DNA from: Octopus vulgaris
Lineage: Eukaryota
Direction of reading: 5' to 3'
DNA: 64,000 nucleotides
NCBI GenBank assembly: GCA_951406725.2
Contig: OX597824.1
Span: forward strand, 84,692,001 to 84,756,000
The notes beneath the pieces were generated by a model. The model did not search any database and had not been told where the DNA came from. It worked only from the letters and a program-made list of their open reading frames with translations. Of the stretch, positions 1 to 13,949 are shown one piece after another. Made by a program: the position numbers and the translations under genes. Position 1 is the first letter of the stretch; each line of letters opens with the position of its first letter.

Positions 1-50
1 ACATATGTATATATACACACGTATACATATACATATATACATACATACAT

Positions 51-82
<32 letters not shown>

Positions 83-328
83 ATACATATATATATATAT
101 GCACATACATACATATATATATATATGCACATACATACATATATATATATATGCACATACATACATATATATATATATATGCACATACATACATATATAT
201 ATATATGCACATACATACATATATATATATATGCACATACATACATATATATATATATGCACATACATATATATATATATGCACATACATATATATATAT
301 ATGCACATACATATATATATATATATGC

Positions 329-373
<45 letters not shown>

Positions 374-680
374 TGCATATATATATATACACACATGCAT
401 AACTATACACACACACACACATATATATATACACATACACATGTATATATACATACGTATACATATATATACATATATATATACATACATATACATGCAT
501 ACATATACATATATATATATATATATATACATATATATGCACATACATACATATATACATCTATATACATACATATATATATACACCTATATACATACAT
601 ACATATACCTATATGCATACATACATATACCTATATGCATACATACATACGTATATATATATAGATACATGTATATATAA
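1..680. repeat. Compound (TA)n/(TACA)n microsatellite
   Basis: Recurring gcacatacatacatatatat units; source of the Y/I/H/T ORFs. Confidence 0.95.
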
Positions 681-2007
681 TAATATGTTTAATGTATCCT
701 TTTTTAAGGTTTTTGAGCTAGATTTGAGGAAAATCTGACTGTTATTTTCAGCAGGTTGAGCAACCATATAGCAAACCCATTCCATGACTAGCTGTCAATT
801 TGGTTGTAAGTAAAGCAGGCGGTAGCTGCAAAGTTAATGGTGCTAGTGGTTAAAGTCCAAAGTTAAGTAAATTGTAACAATCATACCCAACAAAATGTAA
901 TCACTTTGACGAATAACAACCTTCGAGACTTACACCTCTTCATACATTTATAACAAGGCGACAAATGTTAGAGAACATTAATAAAAAAAAAAAAAAAAAA
1001 TTTATTTAGCAGGTATTTATTATTCATGGAGAAACAGGTAAATAATTGCCCCCCCCCCCCCCACCGACCCACCGAACAGATATGAACAAATTTTTTTTTT
1101 CTGCTAGTTTTTAGAATAACAGTGTTTGAAAGTTTAAAAGAGCACAAAATAAAACTATAGTGTAATGTTTAAACTTTTGTTTAGCAGATAAATTTTAATC
1201 AATAACTTTAGCTTGGCAATTAACAGTATGCTTTCAGGTGTGTACACATGTATATGCTTACTGGCATGCACTCATAACCATAAAAGAGTATAGAGGGTAG
1301 CGGGTTCAATTCACTTTTTACCCTTCCTGCTTCTAAGAATAAACCTTGTTTTATACTTGAACGATTAATAAGATATACTAGTAAAATATTCAATTCAAGT
1401 CATTCAACTACTCCTGGAAAAGAAATTGTGTATGCACGCACGTACACACAAGGTATTGAGATAGTTTTCACATATACATGTTTTTGAAACTTGCTCTCAC
1501 ATACAAATAAAAACAACACAAATAAAAGGCACATTAATGACCTATATAGATACTTCCCATTGAAGAGAAAATTATCTGTCAAGTAATACTGGCGACAAGT
1601 GACACAACACTGTGAAGGAATATACACCTACACAAAAGATTGACAGTTATGACCAGCTAATGTGGCGAGGGAAAGCCTCGGCATGGACACTCAACATGTT
1701 AGACATAGCAGCCAAACCGCTGTCAAACCACTGTCTTGAAAAAAAACAAAAAATGGGAAAAACACATTCAACAACATTATGTAATCCTAGTCACCCCTAC
1801 ATGCACACATATAATGACTAAGTCTGGAATGACTGACTATATAGGTTTGTTCAATCAGGGTTGACCTGGGACCAAACAATAGCATCAAATGAAAGTGATT
1901 GAAGGAAGCAATGCTTTATCTAATCTAGAGTAACCTTTCACCTCACAGTCATAATGGGGACAGAGACAGAGTATATATATGTATATATATAAGATGAAAT
2001 TGCTTAC

Positions 2008-2160
2008 AGAGGCCAAATCAATATCCACTGGGGCTTCCCAGTCACTGACATCACTATCAGAGTCACAATTTGCAGCAGTCATTTCCTCTGGTGCTGTCTC
2101 TGAGTATTCCTGGCTAGGAGACACAGCTCCAGCAGAGGTAGGTATTCCCTGATCAGCCAT
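2008..2160 (-). CDS. Probable alternative first coding exon (51 aa, MADQGIPTS...DSDVSDWEAPVDIDLAS) of the same gene
   Basis: Kozak-like CACCATGG with an in-frame stop upstream; acidic protein-like composition; donor TCT|GTAAGC at 2008/2007 in phase 0, the same phase as the large exon donor. Confidence 0.7.
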
Positions 2161-2218
2161 GGTGTTGAATAAATGACACTATGTTTAGCTAAGTCATTAA
2201 ATGAGGGGAGGAAGAGGA

Positions 2219-2267
<49 letters not shown>

Positions 2268-2369
2268 TTGAGATCAAAAGGAAAAATAGAGTAAAGAGGG
2301 AGAGTGAGTGAGGGTGGAGATAAGTAAAAAAAAAAAAAAAGGAAAAATATTCACAGCAAGTGTTCCTCT

Positions 2370-2860
2370 AACACTACAACTACCACTATCATTACTACCA
2401 CCACCACTACTACAACTACATCGGTGCAAAAACTGTTACTACTACCATTTTACAACGTATAAATACTACTTCTACTACCACCACCACTAACAACAACAAC
2501 AACCATACCTCTACAATCACAGCTGCACCACAACCACCATAACCCACCCCTTCACTTCTCCAACCATTCCTTCCCAGCACAACTATACCATTAGCACAGT
2601 CAACACCACAACAACAATTTCCACTGCTGCTACAATCACTATAACCATCACCCCTACAACACTATTCCCACCACTGCTACAAATCATCACACCTCTATAA
2701 CCATCCAACCACTGTACAATTACTACTACCACAACACAACCACCCGCTCCACTTTCACGACTATTAACACCATCACTGCACTATTACAACCACTATTAAA
2801 TACCATCACTGATACTACAACCAACACTACACCATACCATCACTATAGTCACAGCCAGTA
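2370..2860. repeat. Degenerate (CAC/CTA/CAA)n trinucleotide low-complexity tract
   Basis: Repeated accacc/actact/acaaca triplets. Confidence 0.8.
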
Positions 2861-3921
2861 CACAAATCAAAACTTTATCATTTTTGTTTTTTAAATTTTC
2901 TGCTTTATATTGTTTTAAATTTAGAAGGAAAAAAATCTATTAATTTCCCTCCTTGTATCACTTTAATCAAAGTAAACTGCATTTTAGTGTAGTTAAAGTG
3001 GGAAAATTTCTGCATTAGGAAAGCAATGAAGAGAGATAAGATGAAGTGTGTTGCTGAAATGGAGAGAAAAGAAATAGAAAAGAAAAAAAAATACAAAAGA
3101 GTCTGATAAACAGAGAAAACAAATGTCAGTAATAAAATCACTTAGGGAAAGTTTTCAGCTGGAAATTACTGTACTTATTTGCAGTAACCAGGACTTGGCG
3201 GTCAGACTTAGTAAACTAATAAACATACACTGCAACATACAAACAGAAAATTTTACTTTCTCACTCTCGTTAATTAAGCACAAAGACAGAGAAGTGGCTG
3301 ATAGAAAATTATCTAACTATATACTAAAGGCAGTAATTATGATTTCACTGACAATCATACTTTGACAAACACGAAAATTTGTGCTGGATGTGATGAATAG
3401 TTTGGCATGGAAAAGAAAAGAGTTAAAATTACTGCTGCAGAGGAGGGGTTTGCTGAGACAGCCTACAGATTGAAACTAAATTGATTGGATAGAAAGTTGA
3501 ACACGTAATCTGATAGAAAGAAGCGTGGGTGATGGCACAGGTAGGCATATGGTATGTTAGAGGACAGCCGGGGAGTGGGACAGGTGGGAAGATTTTATGG
3601 ATTTTATTTATATTTTAAAGGAATCGCTGTTAGTTGCTTGGTGTGTTTATATGTATGACAAAAAATGTCATTGTCAACAGACAGATAAATGTGTGAGTTG
3701 TGTGTATTGGGTATCTATTTGTCTGTCTATACGTTGCGTAAGTATGAGTGCAAAGGTTAATGCAATTTACATATCTGTTTTTGCTTATTTTGGTCTGTCT
3801 GATGCAGGCTTTATAATTATTTGTGAGAATTTATTTTTGCATATGTAGTCTGGGGCACAAATAGTTATATACAAGAACACAGATATACAGAATGTGTATA
3901 TATATATATATATATATATTG

Positions 3922-4128
3922 TCAGTACCGCCTGACTGGCCCTCGTGCCGGTGGCATGTAAAAGCACCCACTACACTCTCGGGGTCGTTGGCATTAGGAA
4001 GGGCTGTAGAAACTTTGCCAAATCAAGATTGGAGCCTGGTGCAGCCATCTGGTTTGCCATTCCACAGTCAAATCGTCCAACCCATGCTAGCATGGAAAGC
4101 AGACGTTAAACGATGATGATGATTATGA

Positions 4129-4130
<2 letters not shown>
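3922..4130 (+). mobile_element. SINE-like repeat with RTE-type 3' end and (GAT)n tail
   Basis: aaaagcacccactacactctc...ttggcattaggaaggg...ccaacccatgctagcatggaaagc..gttaaac(gat)n. Same family at about 8700-8985, 17620-17900, 27648-27830, 35320-35500, 41432-41655, 41860-42125, 50861-51842, 53465-53870, 56820-57545 and 57880-58215. Confidence 0.85.
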
Positions 4131-4203
<73 letters not shown>

Positions 4204-4239
4204 TACACACACATATGTACATACACACATACACACACA

Positions 4240-5180
4240 CATCATCATCATTTAGTGTCTGCTTTCCATGCTGGCATGAGTTAGACAGTTTGACTGAAAC
4301 TGCACCAAGTTCCTGTCTGATTTGGCATGGATGCCCTTTCTAATGCCAGCCACTCCAAGAGTGTAATGGGTGCTTTTTACATGCCACCAACACAGTTAAA
4401 TGACACCAGCATTGGCCACAACTACAATTTCTCTTGGTTTCATTAATCTTCTCAAGCATGTCATATCACCAATGGTTTCAGTCACTTGTCATAACCTCCA
4501 TGAGGCTCAGCATTCAAAGATAATGCTTAACTACTTTGTCCCATGTCTTCCTGGGTCTACGTCTTCTACAGGATCCTTCCACAGTCAGAGTTTTTGCAGT
4601 TCTTTACACAGCTGTCCTCATTCATATGCATCACTTGCACACCACATCTGATGCCTCTTATGCCTAACTTTGCTCTCAAGATGTTTACACTCTGTCATAC
4701 ATGCACACTGACATTGCACATTAAGCAAAGTATACTAGTTTCATTTCCTTCAAGCCTACACATGTCCTCGTCAGCCACAGCCCATGTTTCACTGCTGTGT
4801 AGCATGGCTGTTTGCACACAGGCATCATATAATCTGCCTTTCACTCTAAGAGACAGGCCCTTAATTACCAGCAGAGGTAAGAGCTCTCTGAACTTTGCCC
4901 AGCCTATTCTTATTCTAGCAGCTATGTTCTCAGAGCATCCACCTCCACTACTGACTTGGTCACTTAGATAACGGAAGCTATTGACTATTTCTAGTTTTCC
5001 CCTGGCATTTGATGGAATCTATTTTCTGTACATTTGTAGTATTTATTGCATCAGTGCATCTTCCATACACAAAAACTATTTTCCCTGTTAACCTTCCTCT
5101 GATATTGCTGCACTTTTTATGTTTCCAGAGCTTACACTGGGTACGTCATATGAAGTTTCTACCTATGCCTTTTCTACATA
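4240..5180 (-). mobile_element. RTE-clade LINE 3' fragment (RT C-terminus, 3' UTR and tail)
   Basis: Minus strand translates FRYLSDQVSSGGGCSENIAARIRIGWAKFRELLPLL...KGRLYDACVQTAMLHSSETWA, typical of RTE ORF2. Its 3' UTR is shared with the SINE-like family above. Confidence 0.85.
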
Positions 5181-5202
5181 TCAAGCAGGCCATCTACTTA
5201 TA

Positions 5203-5261
<59 letters not shown>

Positions 5262-5262
<1 letters not shown>

Positions 5263-5932
5263 CAGGTTGAGTAAAAAGTAAGCAATGTTTTGACCTATGA
5301 AGAATTTGTACCAGAATTTTGCAAAGTTTTGAATTTTTTTTAAAACATATTTTTGCAATTGTCTGGTAATACAGACATAGACTTTCCCAAATGCATTGAT
5401 AAATTAATGTTGATATTTTTTTCACCTTTGTTACAGTCATCTGAAATGGAACTGTTAAAGTGTGATATTCAAGCAATTTTGCTATTCAACTTCATAAAAG
5501 GATGTAAAGCAGCTGAAACTGCTGGTGAGGAAATGACCAGTGAGTGGTCAGCTCAAAAATGGTTTAAATGATTTTGCAGTGGAGACCTGAACCTTGAAGA
5601 TTGTGAGTGCAGTGGATGCCCATCTGTCATTGATGACAGTCAATTAAAGACTGTCATTGAGAAAGATCCATGTAAAACCACCTGAGAACTGGCAAAAGAA
5701 CTTCAAGTTAGCCAGAAAACTGCCTGCAATCAAAAAAGCTCAACAAATGGGTACCACATGATTTGAATGAAAATTAGAAAATGCGCAGATATGAAATCTG
5801 CTCATCGCTTCTCCGTAACAAGACTAATCCATTTCTTGACCGTATTGTAACTTGCAATGAAAAGTGGATTCTGTACAATAATAAAAAAACATTCTTTGCA
5901 ATGGTTGGACCAAAATGAAGCACCTATAACCT
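5262..5932 (+). mobile_element. Mariner transposon, 5' half, decayed
   Basis: TA then TIR-like tcaggttgagtaaaaag; MELLKCDIQAILLFNFIKGCKAAETA (HTH) from 5446, then KWVPHDL and DRIVTCNEKWILYNN; stops and frameshifts. Confidence 0.85.
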
Positions 5933-6349
5933 TCTATTTTCCTAGTTATCCCATGTCTTCTTTTAAAGATTGTAGATTTAAAGGATATTGATATAGGAGA
6001 AAGGCACAGGTATGGTTTTATAATTAAGAGGTTTGCTTCTCACCTCTTAATTATAAAAGAGGTTATAATTAATTTTTAGACAAATTGTATGGAAGCTCAT
6101 TATGAGTATGTATATACATGTATGTGTGTGTGCATGTGTTTGTCTCCTGCCAATATTTGACAACTTGTTTACATTCCTGTAACCTAGCAGTTCAGCAAAA
6201 GATACAACTGAGTAAGAACCAAATTTTAAAAAAAAACAAGTACTGAGGGTTGATTTATTCACCAAAACCCTTCAAGGTGGTGCCCCATATGCTGTAGTCC
6301 AATGACTGAAACAAGTAATATAAAAAAAAGTCAGGAAATATTATAAGAA

Positions 6350-7380
6350 AACTGCATTAAAATTTTATTCATTTTAGATAATGCACCAAGTCATCTATAC
6401 CATTTCAATGATGGAATCGTAGTACCCACAAACATGATACTGTTAATCTTATCCATGATACTGTTAATCTTATCCATGTATCAAAGAACACCATGCATAT
6501 TTTCAAAGAATATTATGGACAAATAATCTTTGCCAAATTGATTGATTAAATAGACACAACACTTCACTCCATGAATTTTGGAAACATTACATTTTGAATG
6601 CAATTTGGAACATTGCTAAAGTGTGTTACAAAATAATATATAAACAGTATTTAGGAAAATGTGCTGAAAAAAACCTATGTGAACACCTTGAAAAGCTTTC
6701 ATGTAGACAATATTGTGTCATTTGTATCAAATCGTAGCATTCGCAAAACAACTTGATTTATAGTTGATGAAAATCGTGTCGAACAGTTGAAAGCTGAAGA
6801 TCTAATGAGTAAAAAGTTGGAAAAGAAGAAAAGGTAAAAAAAAGGGAGGTCAAGTGGGGGACTGGTGATGAAGTTTAAGATACATCAAAGAAATTAAAAA
6901 CTAGACAGCTGGCAAAAGGATCCTCTGCACTTGCTAAGGTAGTGCAAACGTTTTAGGTCTGGTTGTTAATGCTCAGCAATTTTGAAAGGCAAGCTTAGGA
7001 AGCTATGTCTTAATATAAACGAAAAAACACATTCTTTTTAGTCTACAATAAGTACTTTTTTTAAAATAAGCCTTTATATGTTTGTGCTCTTTTTTCTAAT
7101 CTTCCAGCACCTGTTACCTAATCTGTGCATTCAACAAGTTTTGCTGCCTCACACACAATTGAACACCCTATTCTTCTTGCCTTTTTCCTATTTAACTCAA
7201 AAAAAAAACCAGTCCGACATCACCAACAATGCCAGGTTGTATGTGTATGTAGGCCACAAAATATACGACAAGCTCTATTTTCATTTTTCATATTTTTCTG
7301 TATTTTTATAAAGCTGCATTTTGACTAGCAATGTGTTTATCAGTCCCTAATACCATCTAAAGTTGGGGAGTACACACACA
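6350..7380 (+). mobile_element. Decayed pogo/Tigger-like (DDE_1) transposase remnant
   Basis: LKILFILDNAPSH motif at about 6357-6395; remainder is highly degraded and the boundaries are approximate. Confidence 0.45.
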
Positions 7381-8080
7381 CACATATATATATACAAGCA
7401 ATGAACAATGAATGACTATAGAATGTATGTATAGATTTTGGGCTAATGCTGTGTATATAGACAGACTAGACTATCCATGACCAACTGGGTCACCAGGAAA
7501 CTCTGACTTTTCCAGCAACGGAGTTTTGTTTTGTGGGGGTATTTTTTGCCTTTTCCAGGTTATTTCACATGCTTTCAATAAATGTAACATTGAAATCACG
7601 TGTAAACGGCTCCTTTCCCCAGAAAAGGAAAGATTTGGCTGCTATTTCTTACACACCCTGCTACCACATAACAACTATTTCAGGTCCTTTATCGCAAACA
7701 GCTGTTATGTGGTAGCAGGGCAGGCTAGACATAGCAGCCAAATTTTTCGAGGTGAGATACCATGTATGCACTCCAAAAAAACTATTTCACACTGAGGTTA
7801 CAAACAGGTCTTTTACAAAATATTTACCATATTTTTAAAGTCATTTTCACTTTAGAATATTTTTTAAATATACCAAAAAAATTTTCTGTAATGGTATTCA
7901 CTTGAAAATAATTTTAAAAAACATTAAAATACTGTCTGTTCAAAGAAAGCTAAAATATAAATACTTACTGTACAAACAACTTAGATGTTTTAAATTACAT
8001 TCAATTAAAAATATTTCTAAATGATTAAAATATTGCGTTTAACAAAAGTGAAAATAGAAACATTTACTTTTTTTTTTTTA

Positions 8081-8459
8081 TTTTACTATTTTACTTGTTT
8101 CAGTCATTTGACTGAGGCCATGCTGGAGCACTGCCTTTTAGTCGAGCAAATCGACCCCAGAACTTATTCCTCGTAAGCCTAGTACTTATTCTATCGGTCT
8201 CTTTTACTGAACCGCTAAGTTACGACGTAAACACACCAGCATTGGTTGTCAAGCGATGTTGCGGATACAAACACACACATATATATACATATATATGACG
8301 GGCTTCTTTCAGTTTCCATCTACCAAATCCACTCACAAGGCTTTGGTCGGCCTGAGGCTATAGTAGAAGACACTTGCCCAAAGTGCCATGCAGTGGGACT
8401 GAACCTGGAACCATGTGGTTGGTAAGCAAGCTACTTACCACACAGCCACTCCTGCGCCT
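8081..8459 (-). mobile_element. tRNA-derived SINE (abundant family with internal (TA)/(TG) tract)
   Basis: Reverse complement of the 62701-63105 copy: A/B-box-like head, gactgaaacaagtaaaa tail. Confidence 0.9.
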
Positions 8460-8461
8460 AT

Positions 8462-8590
8462 AGAATAATCGACCCCGAAAGGATGAAAGGCAAAGTTGAC
8501 CTCGGCGGAATTTGAACTCAGAACGTAGCTGCAGACGAAATACCACTAAGCATTTCGCCCGGCGTGCTAACGTTTCTGCCAGCTCACTGC
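8462..8590 (-). mobile_element. Second tRNA-derived SINE family (core ttgcctttcatcctttcggggtcga)
   Basis: gttctgagttcaaattccgccgagg B-box on the minus strand. Other copies at about 28830-28980, 29830-29980, 30048-30230, 31535-31763, 35860-36000 and 52360-52480. Confidence 0.8.
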
Positions 8591-8992
8591 TGTAAAAAAA
8601 AAACTGTTCTGGGTGCTTTTTTACATGACATCAGCACCAGTGAGGTCACCAGGTAACTTACAAGACAAAGACACCCACTGCCGCCAAGTGAGATGGGGAG
8701 TAGAATTGACTGGTGCCATGCCAGTGGGATGTAAAAAGCACCATTTGAGCATGGTCATTGCCAGTGCTGCCTGATTGGCTCCCATGCCAGTGCTATGTAA
8801 AAAGCACCATTCAAGCGTGCATTGCCAGTGCCACCTGACTTGCCCTTGTGCCAGTGGTTGGCATTAGGAGGGCATCCAGCTGTAGAAACTTTACTAGATC
8901 AGATTGGAGCCTGGTACTACCTTCTGGCTTGCCAGTCCTCAGTCAAACTGTCCAACCCATGCCAGCATGGAAAGCAGATATAAATCACATTC

Positions 8993-9019
<27 letters not shown>

Positions 9020-9023
<4 letters not shown>

Positions 9024-10720
9024 GATTATAACAGGCGTATTTTTCAACTGATTTTCTCCAAACTGGGAACATACATTACTTATGTACTAGGGATGGTTTT
9101 AGACTCTTAAAATCTTTCATATAATGAGTAATAACCCCTAACGGGGTAGGGGGGACACGGAAAACATCCGTTCCTGGTTATGTGGAGAAGGGAGGTAACT
9201 TTTTGTAAAGTAACTTTCAGAAATCGATTTCTCCCTTACATCCATTGGTCATTAAAAAAGCAAAAAATATTGCTTTTTATATTAGAGTCTCGTCTTTGAA
9301 AGTTTTTAAAAATATTTACCTCCGATTTTCTATTGTCAGTAACGTCTATATCTCTCTATTCATCTCTATCTCTCTATCCACCTCTATCTCTCTGTATCTA
9401 TCAGTCTATATCTTATCTATCTATTTTTATCTGTCTATATCTTATCTATCTATCTATCTATCCATATCTATCTTGTTTGTCTAACTAGCTCTCTCTCACT
9501 CTCTCTTTCTCCATATCTCACACACTCTCTATTGTTTTCGCTTTCATTTTTCAGATGCTATTATTTTCACTTTAAGTTCAATCACTATTGTTTTCACTGT
9601 AAGTTCTCAATCGCTATTTACAAACAACGACGACAAATTACTGACAGAAAGAAGTTCACAATTACTGATGAAAGTAATTTCATACATAATTTACTGGCAG
9701 AAGTAACTTCATAAATTTCACTTCAATCCATACATTTTGTTAAATTTGCCTACAAATTTCTTATTTACTTTTGCAACATTTTTTTGTTGTTGACAGAATT
9801 ACTAATAAAAGTAAGTTCATAACTTACTGACAGAAGTAACTTCATAAATTTCACTTCAATCCATGCACTTGGTTAATTTCCCTAAAGTTTTCTTATTTAC
9901 TTTTGCAATGGTTTTGTGTTTTTCTGTTGTTAACAACTTTTTTCTGGTTCCTTCGATACTAGCTCTTTGGCTCACTGACAAATTTCGCTTCAACTTATAC
10001 AATTCTTTATCTTCCGTAAAAATTTCTTATTTAATTCCAACCTGTCATACTAAGAAATATAATTTCCATTACCCAGTTATTTTCATTGTTTACTATGTTC
10101 TGCACCTGTGTATTTCGGTATATGTATATAACCATGCCTAGAAGGAAAGTGTCAAATTAGTCTGCAATGTCAAGGTCAGCCAAAAGAATGTCTCAGTCCA
10201 GAGAAAGAGAGATCGCTGCAGAAAGGGTAGTATACCAAGAAATGAACAGACTGTGCACTACAAAAGCCTGAGCATCTCAAAGTGATGAACAGAGGTACGT
10301 ATGGCTGCCAAGGAATAGAATCTCTACTGGAGAACGAAGAGCAGTTGCAACAGCTCAGAGAAGCAACTTCTATGAAGCAGCTTTCAATCATGATCCAGCA
10401 ATTTATTATGCAGATGACACAAGGGTTTCCAATGATACAATGACAACTGAGTGCAAACATTGTAAAGCAAGGAAGTGGCCTGGAGAGACACCTGCAGTGT
10501 ACTGCAGTGGGGAAAGGTTAAACTCCCTGCAATACCCCGACCACCAGAGCCATTCAAAAAACTGTTGTCATCAACTGACCAAAATTACAAGCAATTCCAA
10601 AACAATAATAGACAATACAATACTGCACTACAGATGATATCTTTTGGAGTTACAAGAGAAGTAACTGAGACAGGATTCATGCAAACTTTCAAGATACAAA
10701 ATGGCAAGAAATCGAGTACT
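9020..10720 (+). mobile_element. Decayed Helitron with Rep/helicase N-terminal remnant
   Basis: Frameshifted CKHCKARKWPGETPAVYC / GKVKLPAIPRPPEPFKKLL...FQNNNRQYNTALQMISFG (about 10440-10650) matches the Helitron RepHel N-terminus; Helitron-like 5' region near 9040. Confidence 0.8.
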
Positions 10721-11051
10721 GTCTTGATGTGCTTTGTGCAACTAATGGTATCCATATTGAGGTCTATTAAATAACAGTTAAAAAAACTTTAATAAAAAAT
10801 TATTACAATAAAACAAATCTGGTTATGATATCTTGTCAACTGCCTTTGTAATAAAATTATATAATTGTAAAGAGACTTTATGGACACCCTGTATATACAT
10901 ATATCTATCTATATATATACATATATCTATATATACATATATCTATATACATATATCTTTACACACACATATATATATATACATACACATATCTATATAC
11001 GTGTGTGCATATATATATATATACACACACACACATATCTATCTATATATA

Positions 11052-11086
<35 letters not shown>

Positions 11087-13949
11087 TTATATATACATAT
11101 ACAGATATCTATCTATCTGTATGCACACACAAGCTATTTCTTTATTAATGCTCTACTTAACGAGATAAGTTTATGTCTCATACATTGTCACAAAACATAA
11201 AAAGTATAAATAGGTGAAAGATATATTTTAACTGATTTAATAACTTTTTTTCTATTTTCTATTTTTGATATGTAAAACAGTTTGGATTTATAGTCAAACA
11301 GGAATTTCCACATTTCTTAAAATCACAATTAATGCTTTGTATAGTTAGCATTCCTTTCAACCTATGAGAATGTTCTGAATCGTAAAATGGTTATATAATG
11401 GAAACCCAATGAAAACTACTACCACTGCTGATTTCTATGAATTTTATTCCATACAGAATGGTGCGCAATCATGTAACTGGCGATTCATTTTGCATCTTTA
11501 TTTTTGCACCTGACCACTGTACGCATTGACGCACTTCAGATACAATGGAGATTTGTCTAGCCAGTGTTTCAATGTATTCATCTACCTTCATAGTGAACAT
11601 CTTAATTAACCACTTATCAAATCTGCATTATAATTCGAACTGACACAGACTCATGCACAGACAACCAAACCAAGACAACTTCATCATATGACAATCTTTC
11701 TCATACTGAATCAGTTGTAGCCAGCTTTAAATTTATCAAGAGTTTTCTGGTAAAAACTTTTGCATGCAAACCTATCTAATTATGTGCATTGTCATTTTGA
11801 GCCAGGCAGTTCTAAAAGAAATCTGGCATTCAAAGATAGGTTTTCCCAAGTTCAGAGTAGCACAATACATTGTTTACAATCAGGAATCAATTCAAACTAG
11901 ACCTTGAACTTAACTCACTAATTATTGTGTCTATTTTATAATATTTGTCACACAAGGTCAAATTCTTGGAGAGAAAAGCTATGATTTGAATTAAAATATG
12001 TATTTTATCATTTTGAGAGATAAAAAAAAAGGGGGGGGGCCAAGTCACATATAGCAGGATCATTTGGCATGCAATTTCAAAAACTAATTACACTGAAACA
12101 CTGTTTCAATCACTTTGATCAAACTATAGTTAAAACTACAGAGATCACCATCCAAACCCTAACACAGAACTTATCTATCTACAGGGTGCTTATCAGTCAA
12201 ATTAGTCGAATTCAAACAAAATATTTTTGCTCACGTTAATCAGCCTTACAATTTTTGATCTTAATTTTATATTATTTTATTGTACAGTAACTGATAGTAA
12301 GACTTAATTTTATCGAATTTTGAAGTAAACTTATTTTGTGTCCTCCAAAATTATCTCCCAAACCCAACCCTTTTTCGGTGGTAATGGGAGTGGATCACAA
12401 GTTGAGAATAACTACAGTAAAGCATCTTGAACAATTGTATTATCAGCTACTTGAGATTTAATAAGATATTTGAACAGTGAGTTCAGGAGATGATATACTT
12501 TTTTGGAATAGCAATTTATGTTACAACAACAAAGCCAAATTTTTTAGGAGGGGCATATACTTGGCTGGACTGACGCCAGATACTATCAGTACTTATTTTA
12601 TCAACTACAGAGATAAAAGGTGAAGTTGATTGATACTACCGAAAATTCAACTGAAACCCAAACAAATGAAGTATTTAGGGAAGTACTTTAATGACTTCGC
12701 CACTTGAAATAATGATGTATTTTGACAAAGTAGCAGGAAAGGTAAAGTTATTTGAACCTACTGAGAGTCATTTTACTAACTTCAGAAGGATAAAAGGCGA
12801 AATTGAACTTGGCAGGATTTTAGCTTAGAACCTAAAAAAATGGAATTAAATATGATAAGGGTTCCAGTTTGATGCCCTAAACCAGTAGCAAATATTGGTT
12901 TCTACTGACTAGAGACAAAAGTGAGCTGTGATATTCATGCCTTTCAAATACTCAGATGAAATGAATCAGCTTGAACTAGGTTTTGAAACTGGTTTGAAGA
13001 CTTAGTTTATCCTACTGAAATCAAAAATGCAATAATTACATTATTAATTACATATAAAGCTGGCATAAGCAAACAAATCTTTTATTTGGAAATGTAATAA
13101 ATGAAAGTACTTCCACATGGTAATTACCCAATCAATTGATTTATATGCTGTTGCACCTTATGTCACTTACCCAGGATATAAATTCAAAGGATGGTAACTG
13201 ATGTAGTGTATTTATTAAGACTCTTATATCGTATGGCTAATACTAGACCTCATTCTGACTACCAAATCTAGTGTTTTACTATCACCGTATATGTTAATGT
13301 ACACTACTAGTTTCCTTTAAAAACTGTTGCTAATTTATTAGAATGAAGTAAATAGTTAATATTACTACAAGTACTTATTGGATTGACTAAATAGAGATGA
13401 AAAATGTTTGAATAAAATCAAAAGTCAACTTTAGCTGAAACTTGGCTGTACGCCAAGTGTAACAAAATAACTTGTGAAATTTGACACTGAACTGTCATGA
13501 TTATCTTCACTTCCTGATAATAATGTATGCATAATAGTTTATATGACTAGCTTGATTATAGTCATTTTTTACTGTTATGTTTATAATAAAGTAATGCATA
13601 ATTAATATATTCTATCTTTTGGAGGTATTCAGAACTTGACTAATTATGTAAGATAAAACCAAATAATAAAGTGAATTAGGAATAATAATGAAAACAGAAA
13701 CAAAGGAGGAACTATTACTGAATATATGTATGAAGTATTTGTGAATATTTTAGGAGCAAACTTTTTTGTTTTACAGTCATTTTATAGTTGTTTTTCCATA
13801 ATGATACTGTGCAGGCATTGCTGTGTGGTGAAGAAGTTCACCTTACAACATTGGGTTTGATCCTAGTACGTGGCATCTGAACAGGTATCTTCTATTTAAG
13901 CCTTGAATTAACAAAAGCTTTGTGAGTGATATTTGGAAGATAGAAACTA

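Noticed and set aside
5-680. Long Y/I/H/T-rich ORFs (also 10833-11200, 59132-60112, 60540-61017)
   Set aside because: Translations of (TA)n/(TACA)n microsatellites, which lack stop codons.
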